A DNA stretch of 64,000 bases, from assembly GCA_976226885.1 (NCBI GenBank), contig OZ320315.1, positions 54,438,001 through 54,502,000 on the forward strand, in the 5' to 3' direction. Origin of the DNA: Iphione sp. A-MEVVRFRX5. Its lineage: Eukaryota. The position numbers and the translations under genes are program-made. The notes below the pieces were generated by a model. That model worked only from the letters and a program-made list of their open reading frames with translations, did not search any database and was not told where the DNA came from. Shown here piece by piece: positions 24,308-38,435 of this stretch; the stretch's first letter is position 1, and each line of letters begins with the position of its first letter.

Positions 24308-25304
24308 ACCAGCCAACACAGAAACATTGTAAAATCGTACAAACGTAAAAAAACGTTGTCAAAACGTTTTAAATGAAAGTTTGCATAATGTCCTCCTAAC
24401 CAGTTCTAAAAACGTTTTTAGAACGTTTTTGGAAAACGTTTTTAGAACCTTTTAGAAAAAAATAATCGATGTCTAGGGAAAGGGTTTGAACCTGGGCCTT
24501 TAGCATGAGCTATCTCCCATACATATTCTGGCACTCCTATCCACTGCTCCACAGGGGTTGTACATGTTAGAACTTCCCCACAACTTTCAAGCTGCTACCC
24601 TCACCTTAGGCCATCATCCTATCACTCTCAGAAGTCCCCACACCTCTCCAGGTGCTCCCCTATCCTTGGTCATCCTCCTGTCGCTCTCAGAAGTACCCAC
24701 ACCTTGTCAGGTACTGCCCCAGCTATGGTCGTCCTGCTGTCGCTTTCAGATGTCCTCACACCTCTCCATATGCTGCCCCAGCCTTGGCCATCCTCCTGTC
24801 GCTCTCAGAGGTGTCCACGCCTCCTCGGGTATTGCCCCAGCCTTGGTCATCTTCCTGTCGCTCTCAGAGGTCCCTCACACCTCGTCAGGTCCTCCCCCAC
24901 CTTGTCTGTCCTCCTGTTGCTCCTAGAATCCCTCACACCATGTCAGGTCCTTCCCCCAGCCTTGGGCCTCCTCCTGTTGATCTCAGACGTCCCCAAACCT
25001 TTCCAGGTGCTACCTGTATACTTGGCCATCCTCCTGTTGCTCTCAGACGTCCCACACCTTTCCAGGTGCTACCTGTATTCTTGGTCTTCTCCCTGTTGCT
25101 CTCAGAGGTCCCAAGAAGTCCTCAGAAGATCAAAAATGATTGCAAATGTTCTAACCAAATAAAAACGCTTTTAAAAGGTTTTAAAATGTTTGCAAACGTT
25201 CTAACCAAATAGAAACGTTCTTAAAAGGTTTTAAAATGGTTGCAAATGTTCTAACCAAATTAAAACGCTATAAAATATTTTTAAAACGTTGTGTGCTGAC
25301 TGGG
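24308..25304. mobile_element. Non-autonomous CACTA/EnSpm-like element with internal ~60-bp tandem array
   Basis: Termini ACCAGCCAACACA and TGTGTGCTGACTGGG flanked by TA; AAAACGTTTT-rich subterminal repeats; about 9 copies of cttggccatcctcctgtcgctctcaga at ~24590-25110. Confidence 0.75.
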
Positions 25305-27399
25305 TATGGACCACTTGAAAGGTTCAGTAGTTACGATGACTTTCAAGACAAAGCACAAAGTAATTCATCATCACAGAAGAACAACAAGAAGAAAAAGAAT
25401 ATGCCTACAGTCATTTTTAATTTTAACTTATCATTTGATTATAACTGTACAAAATTTCAGAGATCAACAGGCTGGTTCACCGTCACAACATTGACCTAAT
25501 AATTGTACTAAGGGATATCTATGAGGTGCTGCCCCTATCCTGGCATTGACGATGGCCTTAGACAAGATCGGAAACAACTGACAAACTTGGGTAAATTAAC
25601 ACAACATGAATTAAAACATGAACAACAACAGTGCTATTTGTCTTCACATTGTTAATTTTGTATTGAACGTCACTCGTTCAGAAGATCTGTCATTTGTGGA
25701 TTTGGCAAAGAGGCTATCTGGGGGGTTGCAACTTCTGACCCCAACTTTGCGAACTATGCATACCGGACACATCATCTCCTCTACGGACCAGTTGGAGGCC
25801 ACCCGCCTTTGTTTTTGGCTTTGCCCATGGTCAGAGGATAGTATTGGGTTATACTCTCACTGACGGAGATATAAGTAAAAAAGGAAGCACGTCAAGTTAG
25901 TCCTCGTCCGGGCATCGTCTGCTAGTGCCCACTGATGGCTTGTTGTTAAAATTCCAAGCACATCATGACCCAAACATTGTGACTCTTATGTTGTTTTACT
26001 GTAATATATCTGACGTTTAGTGTCCTGACCAGTCTGATGTACCGGATGACAACAAGATTCGAATTTGGAAGGGGCCAAATCATAACATTCAAAACACGTT
26101 GTCATAAAGACTTTAAGGCTTTTCACGGCATGTGAAACATTTACTGATCAAACTTAAATACTAATTATGCTATGATAATATAATTATGTACGTTTATTAT
26201 AATGCTTAGAAGCTATGATCAAGCATTTCTATATCTGAAATGTTCAATGACTATTGCGCTATTCTATAGAATATTCTGTCTGGCATGAGACCGATGATTG
26301 TATCATATTCTGCAAGTGATTTTGCAATATTATGAAATACATTGTGAAAACTTCTCAGATCATCTCAAAACCTGATAGGGTTTGGTTATCAGATGCCACT
26401 TTGACAGTCTGTATAAGAGGCAGAAATTCCTTAATAAACCATCTTGCTGCTGAAACCTTGCCCTTATGTGGACCTTTCTCCTTGAATGAACAAGGAGCTG
26501 TTACTTTTTTTCCGGGCTAACAACAGTACTTTATACAGACCTATAGATGACTCTTAAATTACGAATAACTTATCAATCTGTTATCAATCTACAGCAAGCT
26601 TAAAGCCATAAAAAAGAACTTTGACCCGAGAATTTCATAGAAAGTGTGATTTGAGATCATTTAGGTCCTATGGAAACAACCATGGAAGCTATATAGTATA
26701 ATATCACTATTCCAACTTTCATTGATTCCAAGTGAATATGCGTGCAATAGTGAGGGTGATGAAATAGAGAGGGAACTATATTTTACTTGAATTTGACTCA
26801 TTTCGGTGTTGGGAGAGGTGTCACGACATCAAAAAGGATGGTAAGAAGTTGGCATTTATATTAGTGTCAGGACATAAGAGAGGATGGTGAGGGGAAGTTA
26901 TTTGGGCAAAGAGAGGTGTCAGGACATCAAAGAGGATGGACGTAAAACTGTAATTGACCACTCGCCAAAGTGTTCATACAACAGATTCTGTAAATGACAT
27001 TTTTTACCATTTGTGATGTCACAATAGGACACCACTAAAAAAGTAAACCAAAATGGCTAAAATCCTCCTCTATTCAAAACTTTGAACACCTGTCTCTCAG
27101 TGTTGCCTTGATGGATTCTCTGCAAACTTGGTAGGTATATTATGTAATATGTTAGGTATATTCTGTGACACTATAGCTTTATTACTAAAGGCAGGAGCAC
27201 TAAAAGTTTAAAATGGACATAGTCGACAGAAATGTGACCTTCTACATAACATCATTTTTATTGTTGTGCTGCCACCTTCTGTTTTGCAAAGGAACTTCAT
27301 CAATCAGTCAATTCGGTATTGCAAGGTGAAGGACCTCTCTTTCACCTTAGCTATATGCCTGGAACACAGAGGGAATTATATATAGGAATATAGAGGAAT

Positions 27400-27478
27400 C
27401 TATTCTGTTTCAAGCAGTTGTGTCTAGAATAGTGATAGTACTAGAATAGTGAGGTGTTGGAATAGCTAGGTTCGACTG
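27400..27478. mobile_element. One end of a Tigger-like MITE
   Basis: ...gttggaatagctaggttcgactg|ta is the reverse complement of a CAGTCGAACC-type TIR with TA. Confidence 0.5.
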
Positions 27479-27696
27479 TACTTGTTTATTTCAAAGATTA
27501 CATAGTTCACTATCGTTCATTTGAGCGTTTATGTTTACACCTATGATAAATCTTTCTCATTCTTTATGTTTCTTGAAATTGACATGTTCTTGACCAAAAT
27601 TGGTCAAATATCACCATTAAATATATAACCAAAAGGTTCATGTCACTAATGAGTATATACCCCTAGGGCCCCTTCAACCCGTCCTTCGGTCTAAAC

Positions 27697-27866
27697 AGGG
27701 GGTATCAACTATTTTGGTGAAGCGTTATTGATGATTTTAATTCCACGCGAAACATTATTTACCCTTCCAAATAGGCGCGAAGCGTTATAAGGCATACCCT
27801 GGTGAAGCGCTATCAAAGAATTAATTCCATGTGAAGCATTATTTGGGTACCCCCTGATCCCCCCTG
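27697..27866. repeat. Small repeat element with cagggggta inverted ends and five internal gYgaagcRYtat-like motifs
   Basis: Direct reading of the sequence. Confidence 0.5.
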
Positions 27867-30800
27867 TGTCTAAGTAGGTGAGACTTTCTGGCCATGGTTG
27901 AACGGGAATTGTTCGAAAAAGGAGACAAATTTTACTTAAAACACCTCAAATTAAGATCTTAGGCAAACTCAATCTCACGACGATTACTGAATCAACTCAA
28001 TGAACGAACTGGGCAAACATGCACTAAACGCATCTACTTTCCTGGTCCCTTGGCCAGATATCTTTCTGGGGAAAAACGCACTGGTATGCGACATCCTCCG
28101 TACTGTAAACCTATTAGAGGGCACTCTTGTACTCTGTTCCCATCGGGCTAAAATCCCATCACTAAAAGGCAACATGAATGTGGGAATATTCGCAGGTAAC
28201 TTCTCACTGAGCCACTGTCAAGGCGTGGGTCCATGAAAGAGTCATTCAGTTTGGTCCAGCAATGACACTTTCAATTAATCCGCAGGTATACAGCTGAAAG
28301 CAGTGGTCCAGGAGCAGCAGTATAACTGTATTCATAACCGCCCTTCCTACTCAGATGAATACTTCTCACCATATTGGCAGGATCCCTAGTAAATAATGTA
28401 AAATATGTAGCTGAACCGTTACACATATCATCCCTGTCAAACATTCGAAAGGAAACCAAGTTATGCAGTACCCTTCTTGAGCCACCAGCAAAGCTGATCT
28501 GATTTTACTATAATGTGTATTAAGAGAATATTATAACAGTGTGCTTTGATTATCACACATATGACGTCGGACCCATAGAGGTCTAAACCAATCCTTAGTC
28601 CTTAGTTTGAATGACGGTCAATGCACACTGGTGTAGTATTCTATTTATTTAATGCCTGAAGTAATGGTGAGTGTAGGACTATTTAAGGTTATTTTCTATT
28701 TAGATCCACACAGTTCAGTACGTCCTGGTATGGTGTGGTTAGGACACTATTGTTTTATTATGGTGAGAAACAAAGCCACACAGCTTCATCTACGTAATAC
28801 TGCTTCGAGGCCTTTTATGAAAAGATATATGATAAAATGTGAATTTACAATAATTTCACCCATATTTCGAATGATATTACATACACATAACACAAGCAAA
28901 CATCGAAAATTAAAATCATTTTAGTTATGCTTTTTGCCACTAGATGCCAATGGCACTTTAAGGATGCCGTACAGAGTTGTGTACATGATGGCTGGCAGAA
29001 GTTAGTATTTGCGGGTTTTTGTACCACACAGGCATTGAGAATGACGCGTAATATCTTCAACCAAAACACACCTTTGATCATGTTGTAATGTGAGCCAGTA
29101 GAGAGAACATCAACTGTATGTCATGTTATATGAATGAGAATGTCCATGTAAAAATATCAGGTTCACTCCAAGTATACAACATAGGGGTGTACAGGCATCT
29201 GTTTTTTAACACATTATATTTTGCAATCCAGTATTGTGAAAGTTTGATCAAGGAAACTCTATCTGGAAGCTGAACGCCAGAGTGCTAGAGCATTGGATCA
29301 CAGAATGCCAGACCGACCTTCCTGGAGCATCTTATATCAGAAGGGGCACAACATTCTACTTCAGATATCGAATCCATTACCACCTTTTTGCTATTCTGTT
29401 ATACTTAAACATCTATGCTGCACCTGATTGACACAGGTATATCATATTGTAGAGTATATTCTTGATATAGATATACTATATTGTAGTGTGTCTGAATCTT
29501 TGTAACAACTGGTTGAATTTTCTCACATGCATTCATTTGATGTCAAGAAGAAGGTCCACACAAATATCAGTTTTAGTGTTCAACCAAATACAAGTGCAAT
29601 GTTTACTTAAATTCCCCGCTTTTAAATATTTATCCCTTGGTGGCTATGTCCAATCAGTAATAACATATTGTAATTTGTGATAAAACACAATGCAAGTGTC
29701 GATATTTCTACTGTGAACTCTTGCACAACATATTTCCAAAGCCTTACCGCATTTCCGTTGGAAATACATTGACCAGAGTGTGACAATAGATCATGCGTTT
29801 AAAGGAAACCATATACCTTATCTCCATCCAACTGGTCTGTTTTCCTATCGGGCACACAGCTGTGCTACTCTATAATAACGAAATCCTATTTTCTACATAA
29901 ATATAGGCCTACTGATAAATGTGGCGACATCTAGGTAGGAATTGCCAGCACAGTTCCCATCCGCTCGCAGGTATGGCTCCAGCCGGCGCTACTTGCCTTA
30001 CTAGAAAAGCCATTGCCTGATTTTTCCAATCAACCAAATATTTCCCTCTGACTTATGGAGAACTTGTTTCAAGACTATTTCACTAATTTCTTTGAAGACA
30101 ATTAAAAAATTTTTTGGAACCGAAGTTCTTCCCAAGAAACAATCGACATGCACCCTGTCTGAATACAGTCGGACCCATGAATGCGAAAGATCTTTACTTG
30201 AAGATAGCACACCACACTCTATACGAGTAAAGAAGATGGTTGAATCGGGAGCGATGGCCTTTTCATGTTCACGTCCTTTGGCATCCTCATAAGACATTTG
30301 TAGGGTTAAATCTACAACATGCACAGGCCAAAACAAGGAGTTCTAACAAGGAGTTTTTGCGTTGCCCAAAGCGAGAGATCACCTTATCGATACGTCCGCA
30401 TTCTTTACTCAGCTGTATCTAGGTGCTTTGATCCTGATATAGCTTGAGGCTGCAAGTCTTAATTCTAAAATGACGCCCTCACGTTGTAAGCAATGTACCT
30501 GTAGGAGTGTTTCACACAGACATTCGCGAATTGATCTCGCTACACCAAGGCGAGAACAGAAACCATATCGACACTATGCGAACTCAAGAAATGCATACAC
30601 CAAGACAGCAAGTCTTCACCAAATCGCAGGGTGAATCAAGTGAATGTTTTCGACTACATGTTTGTGAATTTGCAGGCTTCTGAGTCCCCGCAGAAAGCCA
30701 TATTTAATCTTCATATTGATAATGTATACTTTAGCACAATGCATTTGAAAAGACGCATGGTTAACAGAAAGGAAAGAACCCAGCTGATCTACTCACTTTT

Positions 30801-33800
30801 CCATTTCGTACCATTTCCAAATGAGCATTACCTGTTACCCACAGCGCAGAGCTGTCTGCTATACAGGCCACAAACAGCGCTCCCTAGCTCTCATTCGTTG
30901 GCTCTCTGTGGACAGGCACGTACGTAAAACCTTCATACGCATGCACAAAAACCGAAAAAAAGAAGTCTAAATATGTCCATTCCAATCAACCAGTTTAGAC
31001 ACAGGTGTTTTATACACCAAAAGACACATACATAAACATGAATACATACGCAGAATGAGCAACATTAGTATTCTTAACAAACATAAAGGCCGACCGTAGT
31101 GAGCACCACATAAATGATTCACGAACAATGCGTCTGCTGGGAGACATCTACGACTCTGTGTCTTAAGGAAGACCGCCTTATCTTAGCCACGATCAGATCT
31201 CATGTCTTCAAGCGAAGTACAGCGTTCGGCAGCATCAAGTGAAATTCTAGCCAAAGGCGGAAACGGCTCCCATCAGAGTCAAAGACTGTGTAGGCCCTCA
31301 TCTGGAATGTAGTCAAGGCCCTCAGAAGTGGCTCGGAATGAAACTGCCCCAATTTCAGGTTTTGTCTACATTGCCATTCAATTAAATCATTTATAGTATG
31401 TGTTTTTTTGCGTAATCCCCCTAAACTTTGGTCTTACCTTCACGGTGGTCTGTCGGTATGGTATTTGACTGCTCACCTGTATTGAATAAATAACGAAAAT
31501 TCGAAAAAGGAACCACAGGTCGGGAAGGCTTTAGTCAAACACTGGTGTCGAAGTTACCCGAACGACGATGAGGAGAGTAGCATGTGGACCTGTGAATTCT
31601 ATTCTCCTGCTCAATATTTTCAACATGTAATGAGCTACTGAGTTGGACTAGTCAAACGGTGGTGATAAAAGTTTTGGTCTTGGGAGTCCGAGTTGTTTTT
31701 TGATGCGAATAGCAGGGTATCATTAAGTTCACATGTTGATTCCCTTCCGCTTTTATTATAGATTTACAACTTAACCAGGCCTACCATCAATAAAAAAGGG
31801 AAAGCAAAAAATGAATGCAGATGATTCAGTGTGGTGCTCCTTGGAAGAAATGTAGGAAATTCGAGACTGAGTGGTACCAACAAAGGTATAGGGCCTACAT
31901 GTACAGCAGAATACATAGTGATATCACGGAGTAAGGCTGTCGTTGAGGTTAATAGCAATATATTGTTCTTAGGTTTATGCGAAAGAGGTGTCCAGTACTA
32001 CTGTGAAAGTCAAGACAGGTTAACAAATGAAACAGAGCCTGTAACTGGACGGTAAGAATGTAAGGAGCGCAATTAATCAGGTCACAGGAGAGAGGATTCG
32101 CCCAAAATGCGTTCAGAAGGGTTTGAATTTATAGGGTAGATCTTCCCCGTATCTGATACATATGTCCGTGGCCTTTCAAGTGTGTCCTAGTAGCTTTTCT
32201 TCAGATCGGATTACCATCCCAATTCTTGTCCCACGTGAAGAGCCCACAGAATACACAGTTAATTATATTCAGACGATATTCCGTTTAGCAGCTTCACGTA
32301 ATGAAAAAAAAGCCAAAAACCACCGGTCAACAACCAAATCTTACATTAGTCGTAAACTTTGAAGATATAATAAAACGTTAAATATAAATGTTGAACATAT
32401 GGCAATACCTTGATGAAAACATCCGATCAAGACTGGCCTACTAGTAATTATAGTTTTAAGTCATTTCCTGGGCATTTAATAACAAAAACCTATTTCAGAT
32501 CACCCCAGGTATGCCTTTCTGCAATCTGTTTGAACAGAGGGATAAGGATAGGATGAGAAAGTGCCGTGTACAATCCGTGTTCCACTGTTAAAAAATGCCA
32601 CCAAGGTAGAGCCGATTCCCATTAAGAATAATGTTTTCATCAATCAATCAGAGTAATAGTCTTCTACATAACGAATGAGTATGTAATGGTCTTTTGCGAT
32701 CGTAGAAAAAAGGGTCATAAAGTTCACTGGGAAAAACAAACCTACCTGGTAATATTGCACCAGAGGATTTCTGCACGATGAATTGCAGCCTAGAATCTCC
32801 CGAGGGCTATTCGCCAAAACCCTCCAAAACTAATGATAGGCCTTCTGGTGAATGTATAATTCTCTTGGTAATAATCGTGTAAATTCCTCACCAGCCATTG
32901 GGTGCATTCCTGCACAATCAGTTCTACAATGGCTTTCAGAATGCCTTACATCAATGTCCATGGGAAGACACTTTGGAAATGATCTGGCGTTTTCTTGACC
33001 TTTTGTTTTTTATAACACTCATATATATATACACAATGTAGTTCTCTGCCTGTCGGAGAGTCTTTTCATGGGCAGTTTTTCCTTCTCTCCATAGTTGTGT
33101 TCTGGGCAGTAGACGTAGACGGACTGATTTACGCATGTGCTCATGCGACTACGTATGCATTTATTTATTGTGGGTAAGCTCGTGTAAAACACCTATCATA
33201 ACGTGGGCCTGGTTTGATGATCAATGGAGTTACAGAACATAGATAGCTAGTGAAATAAGCGAAAGCCACACAGGAAAATCTGCTTCACTAACATGCAGAA
33301 CTCAGATGGGTGTAATTTTGTCAAGGTCAGGGAGAGAGTGTCCGTTTATTCACATTGTAGTGTGCATTATGAAACTAATGTTGAAACCTAATTCTGATAT
33401 GACACAAACTCACTTACTTGGAGACCTACGTACTGCAGTATCTATCATCTTGAAAAGTTCTCTGCGTTGAACCAGCGAACAAAGAGAAACAAAGCAGACC
33501 CTACTGCCTGTGACACTTCATTTATACATGTCCCGTTCACCGTCCAAGAGTTTATCTCACAGAGGGGCAAAGTTACATCATGGGCTTTACAATGACCACC
33601 ATAATTTCTAGACTTGATGAGTCCCAAGTTGGACAGGTTGCCTCGCTAACGTCTACGCTACACTGGGGAGCAGTATAGTTTGTGTCTCGAACAACAGAAA
33701 AGCTGGTGGATGAAAAGTAATCAGGACATATGCTGACTTCCGCTACGAGGATTCTGCAACACCCTGGTCTTATAGTTACGTACGTCTCGAAAACCTTCCA

Positions 33801-36066
33801 TTCGGTTCTCAATACCTGGATTGATATGACCTTTGAGTAATTCCCGTGGTGGACATATATGCATTTCCCGTTCTATTCTAAAAATATCCAGTAGGCAAAA
33901 AATATACACTTTTACATGAAAGTGCACGTCTGCGGTTGGCCTTCGGTGCTTCCCAGTAACCTACATACAAAATAAATGCAAACGTTCAGGTTCCTTAACA
34001 TTTTACATCATTACATTTATATATATAATGTACAGAACTCGAGTGCATGTACATGTATCTGTGTTTGTTTCCGTTTCACCTCCTATTTTGCTGTAATTCT
34101 TAGGTGCTATCCCCACATATGCGGGCCACCCATAGCTGGACCTGGTGACATGTACACCAGGTAGACCACACCAGTGTACTTGAATAGGAGTGAATCCACG
34201 CATGCGGGCTACCCAGAAACGGACCTGGTGGCATGTGATCCAATTAGAGGTAATCCAGTCTGCCCACGTGAGGGTGCAGATCACGATATCTTGACCCCAA
34301 TATGTAATTCTATAAAATTTGATACCTAATTTGCATATTATTTACATGAATCCACAACATTTCTACTGATATGCCTCACTTTCAACAAAAAGCTGCACAA
34401 TTTCCACTTTCAACAAAAAGCCAAACCATTTCCACTCATTTGCCTTACTTTCAACAAAAAAAACACAAATTCCACCAATATGCCTCACTTTCAACAAAAG
34501 CTTCTATTCTATTCCCTGATATTGGGAAAGGCCCTTTAGATAATTATGAATTAACATTGTGTTAAGGTGGACTTTACATATGTTAAAACAGCGTGTATAA
34601 CACATGTACATGTGGATCATGGTCTGCCACCAGTGGCGGGCAGGTGTGGACAGCCCAGAGTCTGTCCCCTCAGGCAGGTTTTTGACACATGTACATTGCG
34701 ATACAACCTTATATGACAGAATATCTTCCTTTGTGCATATCATTTTTATTGCTACATCACGAGTTTCTTTAGATGAAAAAAAAGATACGATGATGCTGAG
34801 TAGCATAAGCTATTCAGTACTGAGTACAAGCACATTTTGCCTTCTACGCGTTTGTATGGCAAAATATGATAATCGTTGAGAACCAATGGCTTGGTTTTGC
34901 TTGGTTTTTCAAAAATCAAACCAAACCAAACGACTACACCCGTAGATATTTTAACCAATATTTTATTACACAGTAGCGCCTGCATTACATCTTACACTTA
35001 ATCTGAAAACTACGTACTTAGGTCTTATTTGATCTCTGTGAGAGTCATTCACCGCAGGCCGCTCTTTGACATCATTGTTTGTGTCCCGTAATTCCGGGAA
35101 GAGGATTCTGAGACGAAGCTGGTAGAGGTGATGGAGAGTGAGTGCAAAGCAAATAATTCCTTGAACACAGAACCAGGGGGGGAAGCACTTTTTCATTATC
35201 AAGCACTTCCATGTGATTGTGCTTTGCAATAAGTGGCATTTATCATTCCTAGAACATTAGCAATCACAGCAATTACAATATGCCGTGTGATGGCAGACAA
35301 TTATAAGGCTGGGTGTCCATGTGCACATGTCAGTGTGTGTGAGCATGTCAGGGCATGTTTCTGTTAATTTGTTAACCACTGTATACATGCCATAGTGCAT
35401 ATATTCACTGTGTTTTCCTGTTTACACTCCTGTAATAACGAATGTTTCCAAAAGACACACCACAAACACGGACTGGCACAGGCCGTGTAGCAGAAAAATA
35501 TGCACTGAAACACACAGGTACACACACACCTACATGTGTGCATGGAAACCCTGCCTAAGTGCACAAGTACTTCATACAGAATGCCTTGCAGCACCTCTTC
35601 TCCCTCTTGATTAAGAAATTGGGCCCCGTAGTGGCATTCTAATATATATAACTAATATATGCAAGTTCATGTCTCATCTGCAACTGCTAACATCGTATCC
35701 AAATGAGTATTATGTGTCAAAATATAATGTATTTTTATCCTAGGAAACAAATTCCAAACATGACAGTGAAGAGCATTAGGATATTATGCCATGGCCATCA
35801 GAGTTATATGGCTCATGATACCAGTGTATTTCAAACTTTGTTCCTCCAGGCCGGCACAAATGCTTCTTGCATCTAAAGGTATCACTATACGGTTTATGCT
35901 AAAAGGTGTATAGCTTGAGATCCAGGGGCTGGTTCCAGAATGTAACGTGCTAATCTCTGCGATTAAGTTACCGTGATAAACTTAAGAACAGGTTTAAAAT
36001 ATATTCTTCGTTCTTAGTCCATGACCCCTAACTGGGTTAAATATGGATGAAACAAATGCTCTGATT

Positions 36067-36728
36067 GGTCTGTGTCCATTCAAGGCTGTGCGTGACATCA
36101 GCAGTGTCTTGTTCTTTGCCGTGCAAACCCGTTCATGTTGTAGAAGGTGAAAATTTTTGAAAATGTTGAACAAAAACGGTCCATCAAACTTGAATGCCCT
36201 CGAACAGCCTGAATAAAAGTGCAACCATGACAGCAACTGGTCCCAAGCTGATGCTTTGTTAGCTATGCATCTACGTAACGAAAATCATCTCGACGATGCC
36301 ACCCCGTTGGAGGGGCCCGGGGTGAAAAGGCACCAGAAAGAAGCATGGGCAAGAATGCTGGAACAATTCAATCGGTAAGCATGTTCAAATCAATGAAGGT
36401 CTGTGTCCGTTCAAGGCTGTGCGTGACATCAGCAGTGTCTTGTTCTTTGCCGTGCATACCCATTTGTGTTGTGGAAGGTGAAAATTTGTGAAAATGTCGA
36501 ACGAAAAATGGTCCATCGAACTGGAATGCCCTCGAACAGCCTGCATAGAAGTGCAACCATGACAGCAACTGGTCCCAAGCTGATGCTTTGTTAGCTATGC
36601 GTCTACATAATGAAAATCATCTCGACGATGCCACCCCATTGGAGGGGCCCAGGGTGAAAAAGCACCAGAAAGAAGCATGGGCAAAAATGCTGGAACAATT
36701 CAATCAGTAAGCATGTTCAAATCAATGA
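36067..36728 (+). pseudogene. Tandem duplication (331-bp unit x2), each copy carrying a Myb/SANT-like exon (Harbinger ORF2 / MSANTD type)
   Basis: DSNWSQADALLAMRLHNENH..EGPRVKKHQKEAWAKMLEQFN followed by a GTAAGC donor. Confidence 0.7.
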
Positions 36729-38114
36729 CATAAGTAATATGTGCTGGCTGTATATGTGTCCCAAGGTGTCTGAATCCATTAGTGTAACTTTTGTTCAAAT
36801 ACATATGTTTCCAAGTTGTTCAAATGCATACATATCCCTGGCAAAATGTATCCCTATCTGTATCACTGTCAAAATGGTGGGGGGACAGTTGTCTATTTGC
36901 CAGCAGATTTCGGGATATATGTACTTGTAATGGTATGGAACGGTATGTAAGAAAGGACTGACGATGTTTTAATATTCACAGGCAATGTGTTTGTTTAATG
37001 TTGTTATAGTATAAATTGATTGTTTCCACAGTCTTGGTGCCAGTGTACCATCAATATAATGATCATATAGTAGGCTGCGTGATTTGTTATTTTTGTGTGT
37101 ATTGTTGTGGAACATGTGCCAAGCCTGAGATTTGCCTAGTAAAACATGCAGCAATGGTCACAGACAATTATGAGGTGTGCACATAATCATGAACAGGCTC
37201 AAAACAAAGTACCATGGTATGGCAGAAAAAATTTGTGGGGGCAGAAAAAAATCCCAGAGACTGAGTTCAACCCATCACCACATATTCTCATTTTGTACCA
37301 TGGTATGGCACATAGAAGCAAAAATTGTAATATTTCATTATAGAGTAGAAGGTCTCGAAATGCAGAGAATATTAGTGGTTTTGCCCAAAGAAGTAGAGTG
37401 TTACATATATATTAATTTAAAACATTGGCCTGTTTGTTTCCTCAATTAAATGTGTGATGAACACTGTTGTCCATAGGACTCCACCACTCATGTTGGGGTA
37501 GAAAAAGGAATGTGTAGCTAAGACTGTTTGTATCCAGCCATTTAAAATAAAAAAAGATGTATGTGTCCATAAGACTCCACCAGTCAGGAACACTGTTCAG
37601 ATGCATCCATTTAAAAAAAAAAGCTGTACATGTCCATAAGACTCTGGTAGTCGTGTTGGGGTAGAAAAAGGACTGTCTGATGAACGCTGTTCGTATCCAT
37701 GGCCAAATGGGACTTGGGCATGGCAGTAGTGACCTGAAAGAATCCAAAGCGTGCAAGGATGTTCATGGTCAATGGAAGGGATTTTCTACAGAGAAGCAAT
37801 TTGCGACAAAGAAGCAAGGTGTTAGTCCCAGTTCTTGCCACCAAGCAAGTGTTGTTGACACCATTCTGACTGTCGAGAAAACCCATGAGGTAATGTTTGG
37901 GGGCCCGGGGGAGAGTGTGACTTTACTAGCTGCAGTAAATGGGGGAGATGTCTCACCTACTACCAAAGTGGCTCCTAATTCCACATAAGAAATTATGGAG
38001 ACCAAAAATGGAGATGTTGACGTTGAAGGGGCAACTGTCATTGAAGCACATGACATTGATGTTACCTGCCAGTGCAACTTACATGTGCACAAAGAAATGT
38101 CTTCACCAGGCCGT

Positions 38115-38435
38115 AGACCTGGCAGAGCGATGGACGTGAACAACAGCCAGCAGCCATCAGTGGTGGATGAGAAAGGAAGTCAGTCCCCAAGCATGTAGCC
38201 CTGGCAGAGCGATGGACATGAACAACAGCCTGCAGATGTCAGTGGTGGTAGATGAAGGATGTGAGTCACCTGCCCCTAACATCAATGTAGTGATGGACGT
38301 CGACAACAGCCTGTAGATGTCAGTGGTGGTGGATGAAGGATGTGAGTCACCTGCCCCTAACACCGATGTAGCGATGGACGTCGACAACAGCCTGCAGACG
38401 TCAGTGGTGGTGGATGAAGGAATTCAATCACCTAC
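38115..38435 (+). repeat. ~81-bp (27-codon) tandem repeat x4 within a decayed long reading frame
   Basis: atggac.. units at 38130, 38212, 38293 and 38374 encode MDVDNSLQMSVVVDEGCESPAPN-like peptides. Confidence 0.85.

Noticed and set aside
24558..25212. Overlapping 122-186 aa ORFs, or a CRISPR-like array
   Set aside because: Products of a degenerate 60-bp tandem repeat; no unique spacers and no cas genes, in a eukaryotic context.
27984..33927. Scattered 60-111 aa ORFs (e.g. 28271-28459, 30001-30336, 33573-33812)
   Set aside because: No recognisable motifs or consistent exon chain; real exons cannot be excluded without transcript data.
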